In this document: positions 15,825 to 20,475 of the stretch, piece by piece
Layout: every line of letters begins with the position of its first letter
Position numbering within the stretch: the first letter of the stretch is position 1
From: Zygophlyctis sp. KS116
Taxonomy: Eukaryota > Fungi > Chytridiomycota
Direction: 5' to 3'
DNA length: 20,475 nt
Assembly: GCA_054661495.1 (NCBI GenBank)
Contig: BAAFSQ010000177.1
Span: 1-20,475 of the forward strand
Notes under the pieces: generated by a model
What the model was told of the DNA's origin: nothing
Database searches by the model: none
The model's input: only the letters and a program-made list of their open reading frames with translations
Translations under genes and position numbers: made by a program

Positions 15825-16409
15825 ATGGAAGTTGATCAGTTTATAACTGAGCTGAGGAAAGATTTCAATGAAGGCGACTATGAAGCTGTTTTGAAAAAAA
15901 CTCTTAAATCTAATTCTTCTCATCCTGAATGTGGAGCTTTAAATGTATTGGCACTTTTGGGAATAAATCGACCTGAATTGGCAGAAGAACAAGTTAAAAA
16001 GATACAAAATGATCTCTTTTTAACTCAATTAATGGAGGCATGGGTGTATCTATCAATGGTAGTATATATTTCATAATTTTAGGGGGATGCTGAAAAGGCA
16101 CAACAGGCGTATTATATTTTTCATGAATTGGCTTCAATTGGACCTTGTGCTTTATTAATGGTTGGGCAAGCTGCATCTAAATTGGCTAGTGGGAGGTTTG
16201 AAGAAGCTGAAAGACTCTTGAGTCATATTCTTCAAAAAACTTTGGATGCTGATGCACTTGCAAATATGATTAGTGTTTCTATTGCTCTTCAAAAACCTTA
16301 CTCAGCACATCTAGAATCCTTGAGAACCAAGTTCCCTTCTCATGTACTCGTTAAAAACTATGAGGAAAAAGAAGACTTATTTGATGCCGTAGCCAATAAA
16401 TTTATGTAG
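15825..16409 (+). CDS. SEC28: Coatomer subunit epsilon (Sec28/COPE), N-terminally short, about 186 aa (209 aa if started at ATG 15756); intron 16059-16082
   Basis: ECGALNVLALLGINRPELA, LTQLMEAWVYL, QAYYIFHELA, GQAA...GRFEEAE, LANMI and HVLVKNYEEKEDLFD match the C-terminal part of epsilon-COP. The start codon is uncertain. Confidence 0.85.
16059..16082 (+). other. Spliceosomal intron, 24 nt (SEC28)
   Basis: gtagtatatatttcataattttag; in-frame TAA; removal restores WVYLSM|GDAEKAQQAYYIF. Confidence 0.9.
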
Positions 16410-16426
16410 GAAAATCAAATATATTT

Positions 16427-17495
16427 TTACGGATGATCTAAAAGATACGAAATTGCAGCTTCTACATTACCTCCGGCAGCCAATAATGCTCTTATATTTT
16501 TTTCCTTTTCCTAAATTTTTAGACTGAAGTACAAAAAATACCGTGAAACCCATTCCATTCATCATTGACAATTGATTGGAAAATTTAACTTCTAAATTAG
16601 TTACAGCTTCTTGCGACAATGTTTGTGAATTGGGAACAGGGGCTCGCTGAAAGTTTAATGGGCTGAATCCATTTGAAAAATTTGAAGTTGAGTTTACAAG
16701 AGATGAAGATGCTCCTGGCATACCAAAACTAAATATATCCTGAGGTCTTGAAGTTCTTTGGAATCCTGAATTTGATTGTGATTCCTATTTGTTTAGAAAT
16801 TAAAGAAATTATACTCTATTCCATGGATTTGGAAGTGGTGTTAAATTTGGGCCTTGACTTTGACTTGTATCAGCTCCCAAAACCTGCGCCAGTCTTTGGT
16901 TCGCCTCTTCAGTTGAAGGATCTGGAGAATCGCCCAATGGATCTTTTAAATCATTAAAAATTGACGAAAGATAATTAAATCCACCTGGTAAAGCTTCAAT
17001 ATTTGAAAGTTGCCTATCTTGATTTCTCATTAATTCTTTTCTTGTGACTGGATTCTTTAAAGTTTCTAGAGTTTGTTTAATAAATGCAGGATCTCTCATG
17101 ACTGATCGAATTTCGGGATTTTTTTCTGCCATTTCAGAGAATCTAGGATCAGCTTCTAAAATAGAAGACATAATTTCTGGAGAATTGAGCATGGTCTGTA
17201 GAAATGGATTATCTAGTCCAAAATCCATCATTGTATCCCTACTAGACTGCGAAGCTTGAACACTTGAGTTATTCAGAGATGATCTAGCAACAAATATCAC
17301 ATCGTTTTCTCTTATTTCTAAGCTCTCTAAACTACAATCATCACTTGCCAAAACCTTCCCTGCCTTGACTAATCGTATATTATCCTGAATACAGAGTTCC
17401 TTGGCTATAAATATTCGTAGTTCCCTTAAAGTCCATGCAGAAGAAACTATAATTTCAGACTGTTTAGAATTGAAATTGTAAAAGATTTTGAACAT
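16427..17495 (-). CDS. DSK2: Ubiquilin/Dsk2-type UBL-STI1-UBA shuttle factor, about 335 aa; exons 17495-16815, 16784-16542, 16510-16427
   Basis: UBL (IRLVKAGKVL), STI1-like NP/DP repeats, ELMRNQDRQLSNIEALPGGFNYL, PLPNPW, and UBA (MGFT|EKEKNIRALLAAGGNVEAAISYL). Confidence 0.92.
16511..16541 (-). other. Spliceosomal intron, 31 nt (DSK2), the longest well-supported intron in the window
   Basis: gtattttttgtacttcagtctaaaaatttag; removal restores the UBA domain; using the internal CAG at nt 18 gives the wrong frame. Confidence 0.9.
16785..16814 (-). other. Spliceosomal intron, 30 nt (DSK2)
   Basis: gtataatttctttaatttctaaacaaatag; in-frame TAA; removal continues the frame. Confidence 0.88.
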
Positions 17496-17612
17496 TATTT
17501 AACATCTCTCCTTGCACAACTCCTTGGACTGGACATGTGCCTCCTTTTGACATAAACATAGTCTCGGACACGAAATCGGACATGACCTAACGGTAGATCT
17601 GGACACCTGAAA
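17496..17612. promoter_or_regulatory. Probable bidirectional promoter between DSK2 (-) and SAE2 (+) with four YGGACAY repeats
   Basis: 117-nt head-to-head spacer; TGGACAT 17530, CGGACAC 17565, CGGACAT 17577, TGGACAC 17600. Confidence 0.55.
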
Positions 17613-18642
17613 ATGTTTGAAGATATTCTTAATTCTCTTTCAGAATGCCATAATAGCCGCATTCAACAATTATTAAATCAACTGGCGCACCATGAGACTC
17701 TGGCGACCTCGCTAAAAAATCAAGTACAAACTCTCAAAGAAGAGAATTTCACAGAAAAATTGATTAATAGTGAAATGCTGGAGAAAGTTAAAGAATTAGA
17801 GCCTTTCAAGAAATTGTATTATGAGACGCTAAATAATTTTAATAATTTACAACATCAGTTTGTGATAAAACAAAATTCATGGAATAAATTCAAAGAAAAA
17901 ATTAAAACAAGTATTTCTAAAAAGAAATCAAGTGTTCAAAATGGGTTGTCTAGTCAAACAGTCGCAAATATGGATACTATGGTCAATGTCATTAAACCAG
18001 ATTACGAGAATCAAGACTTTCACGATCTTCAAGATATCACAGTAATCCAGGACATTCAGGGAAATTCAAATGTTCAAGAAAGTCTAGCAGATTCATTTAA
18101 ATTGAAAGATGATACGAGATTACATGAAAAAGAAAACCATAGTGAAAAACAATGGAAAGTGGGGGGGCAAGAAGATACAAAAAATGGAATGAATGCGGTG
18201 TATCCGGTTTCAAGGCTCAAGAAGGGGTCAGAAAGAAGTTTATCAGTAGCAGAGACTATGCCTTGGGCTCAAAAGCAAAAGGATTTGGAAAATAGGCCTG
18301 ATTTTGCTTATCAAGATGTTGTCAGAAAGAAGAATGAAAGGAAAAGGTTAGAAGCCAGCGATTGTCCATGCTGCAAAGATGTAATTCGTAATGGAAGTTA
18401 ATGTAAAGTTTTATAAGGCTTCTGGTCTCCCAAATATAGTGGAGCATGATGGACGTATGGTTGATAGGATTAAACTAGTATCTCGTCATAGATTTGTACA
18501 TAAAGATCCAGAAACTCCAGAAGGATATTGGGATTTGGACTATAATGCTCTCTATTCCACAGATGAAGAAAATGATACTAAAGAAGGAAAAAGGAAGCGA
18601 TTAGATGCACTTGAAGCTCAAAAAAAATCAAAGATTCTTTAA
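17613..18642 (+). CDS. SAE2: DNA end-resection factor Sae2/Ctp1/CtIP, about 333 aa; exons 17613-18380, 18409-18642
   Basis: N-terminal coiled coil; C-terminal YQDVVRKKNERKRL, CPCC (CxxC) then KD|FY, SRHR and TPEGYW motifs. Confidence 0.9.
18381..18408 (+). other. Spliceosomal intron, 28 nt (SAE2)
   Basis: gtaattcgtaatggaagttaatgtaaag; removal restores CPCCKD|FYKA. Confidence 0.92.
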
Positions 18643-20426
18643 ATATTTAATAGAAATTTATTTTTCCAATTCACAGCGCAATAGATCGCAAAAGCTCCAA
18701 AAATAACTGAAATCAATACCAGTAATTTTTTATTTTTTGATGCGAGGTTGTCCGATTCCTTTGAGGGGTTTTGATTGTGATCTTCGACAAAAGTTTCGAA
18801 TTCTCTAATTATTTCTATCTTATTTTGGGTTATAGTTTCAGATTCTCCGACCTTTGGTTCTGCAAAATCAGAATGCAATTTGGAAACATCTTCTGTTAAT
18901 GTATGTACGGAATCTGATGTACTGGATTTTTTAACAGATATAACTGAAGTCTTTAATGTCTCGGAAAGTGAAGCCTTCAATCTGTCTCTTTTATAGACTC
19001 CTTCGAGGCATTCTATAAATTCGTCCTTATCTTCTACAGTATATATAAAGCCATCCTTTTGGAAGGCCTTTTCCGTGACCATTCCATCAAACCATCTCTT
19101 GTTGATATCCTTTCCGGTTAGTATAGATTCCCACATAGCCATAAAATCAATGATGAGGCCATCGGCTTCTGTACTTACTAAGCACGCATACTTTCCATGT
19201 TCTCGAATAAATGGATAAAGATCTTTTGATTTCCCAAAAAATTCCGAGTCTATATCGAATGTAAAGGCCACCGAACACAAAGTCTTAGGGAATAATCTTT
19301 TTTGTAATGTAAAAAAAATAGCAGCAGTCAATAGAGGATCAGACGCTAGCAAAAACCCAACAATTGGTCTTGAAGAAAGAAGATCATCCATTTTACCTTT
19401 TGTTTTCGAATCCATTTCGATAGGAGTCATCCATTTTTTATACTGAGGAAACTTTGATTGCATAATATTATGTACATCAACTAGAAAATCAAAAGAATTC
19501 AAGTGCGGTGAAAAAAGCTGTTCGAGTTCATCAAAAGTCATATACTTAATATTTGGTGAATTTTCCTTGTACCAAGCCAATATATCCTATAATAAGAGTT
19601 AGTAGAGATACCCAGGACGTCTGTGACATACTATATAATATTCCCTGTGTGCGGGCATCAAAACCAGGATCACAGTTACCCAACTTATCTGCCAAGTATT
19701 GAGCTTCAGCCAATTCTCGTTTCAGTTCAAGTCTACCAGGCTCTAAATCTAATGCAATTTCAAAAGATTTCACAGCATCAAAGTAAGCCTCCATCTGTAC
19801 TTGAACTTTTCCCAGACGATACCAACCTTTACTCCATTCTGGGGCGTATTTGATACATTTTTCAGCACGATCTTTTGCACTTTCCTTATCGCCAGACAGC
19901 AAAAAACATCTAGATAAATTTGAATGTATAGTATAATCTTTTGGATTATATCTGAGAGCATCTCTATACTTTTCAACTGCATCTAGTACTTGATCACGTG
20001 CGAAAAGTTCATTCCCTTCATTCTTTATGGCTAAAGCCTTTTCAGCGTTAACTGAATAATTTTGCAAATCAGAAAACATTCTAGCATAAGCCGCAGCTTT
20101 AGCAGAAAATCCTAATTTTTCATTCAAAGTCACTAGACGCGCTGCTGCTCCAGAATGTGTCGAAAAAACGCCTGGTAAAAGCTCTTGCTCGGTCGGCAAG
20201 TTGGGCAAGTCTAAAATGGCTAAACAATCCCTATTAATGCAATCATTATCGTTCAATTCTACCTGTTTCATCAGAATAAATAACTATTTACATAACATCC
20301 TAAACGAGACCATAGTAAGAATGGCTTTTTTTCATCTTCTGCGTTTACCAAAAGAGATGTAAATTCAGCGACTGCTTGTAGATAATCTTTTATCTGCAAC
20401 GCATCTAATGCATTTTTGATGCTCAT
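18639..20426 (-). CDS. TPR-domain protein (carboxylate-clamp type) with an unrecognised central domain and a C-terminal transmembrane anchor, about 577 aa; exons 20426-20292, 20262-19612, 19586-18639
   Basis: ATG 20426 (MSIKNALDAL...) in aaaATG context; TPR triplet KNEGNELF / HSNLSRCF / WSKGWYRLG; C-terminal LLVLISVIFGAFAIYCAV flanked by Lys residues. Confidence 0.8.
19587..19611 (-). other. Spliceosomal intron, 25 nt (TPR gene), with TACTAAC
   Basis: gtatctctactaactcttattatag; joins the 241-aa and 313-aa ORFs; contains a perfect fungal branch-point heptamer. Confidence 0.9.
20263..20291 (-). other. Spliceosomal intron, 29 nt (TPR gene)
   Basis: gtaaatagttatttattctgatgaaacag; phase-0 join of a 45-codon first exon. 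Confidence 0.83.
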
Positions 20427-20475
20427 TTTAATATCGGAATAATGTTACGCGAGAAGTCTCGCCTTGCAGGTTATT

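Overview
Eukaryotic nuclear DNA, AT-rich, standard genetic code, from an extremely compact genome. It is most likely a flagellated (zoosporic, chytrid-type) fungus, because fungal-type genes (pentafunctional ARO1, SPT8, PGA1-like, Mis14/NSL1) sit beside the motile-cilium gene DLEC1/CFAP81. The broken ORF track resolves into 12 complete spliced genes: HMT1/PRMT1 (+), PGA1-like (+), UBC1 (-), NIF3 (-), DLEC1 (-), SPT8 (+), ARO1 (+), NSL1/Mis14 (+), a short SEC28/COPE (+), DSK2 (-), SAE2/CtIP (+) and a tail-anchored TPR protein (-). The most striking signal is the splicing system. I could place 23 introns by hand, all 23-31 nt (median 27) and all GTA...AG. The usual +5 G is present in only 3 of 23, and in all 23 the acceptor is the first AG ending at least 23 nt from the donor. 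Three introns are in-frame and stop-free, so they are hidden inside open frames. Genes are packed with 4-55 nt spacers (one pair overlaps at its stop codons) into co-directional blocks that radiate from 117-188 nt divergent regions, one of which carries a repeated YGGACAY motif. All gene and intron calls come from manual translation and recalled family motifs; no searches were run. Positions 1-411 remain unresolved.
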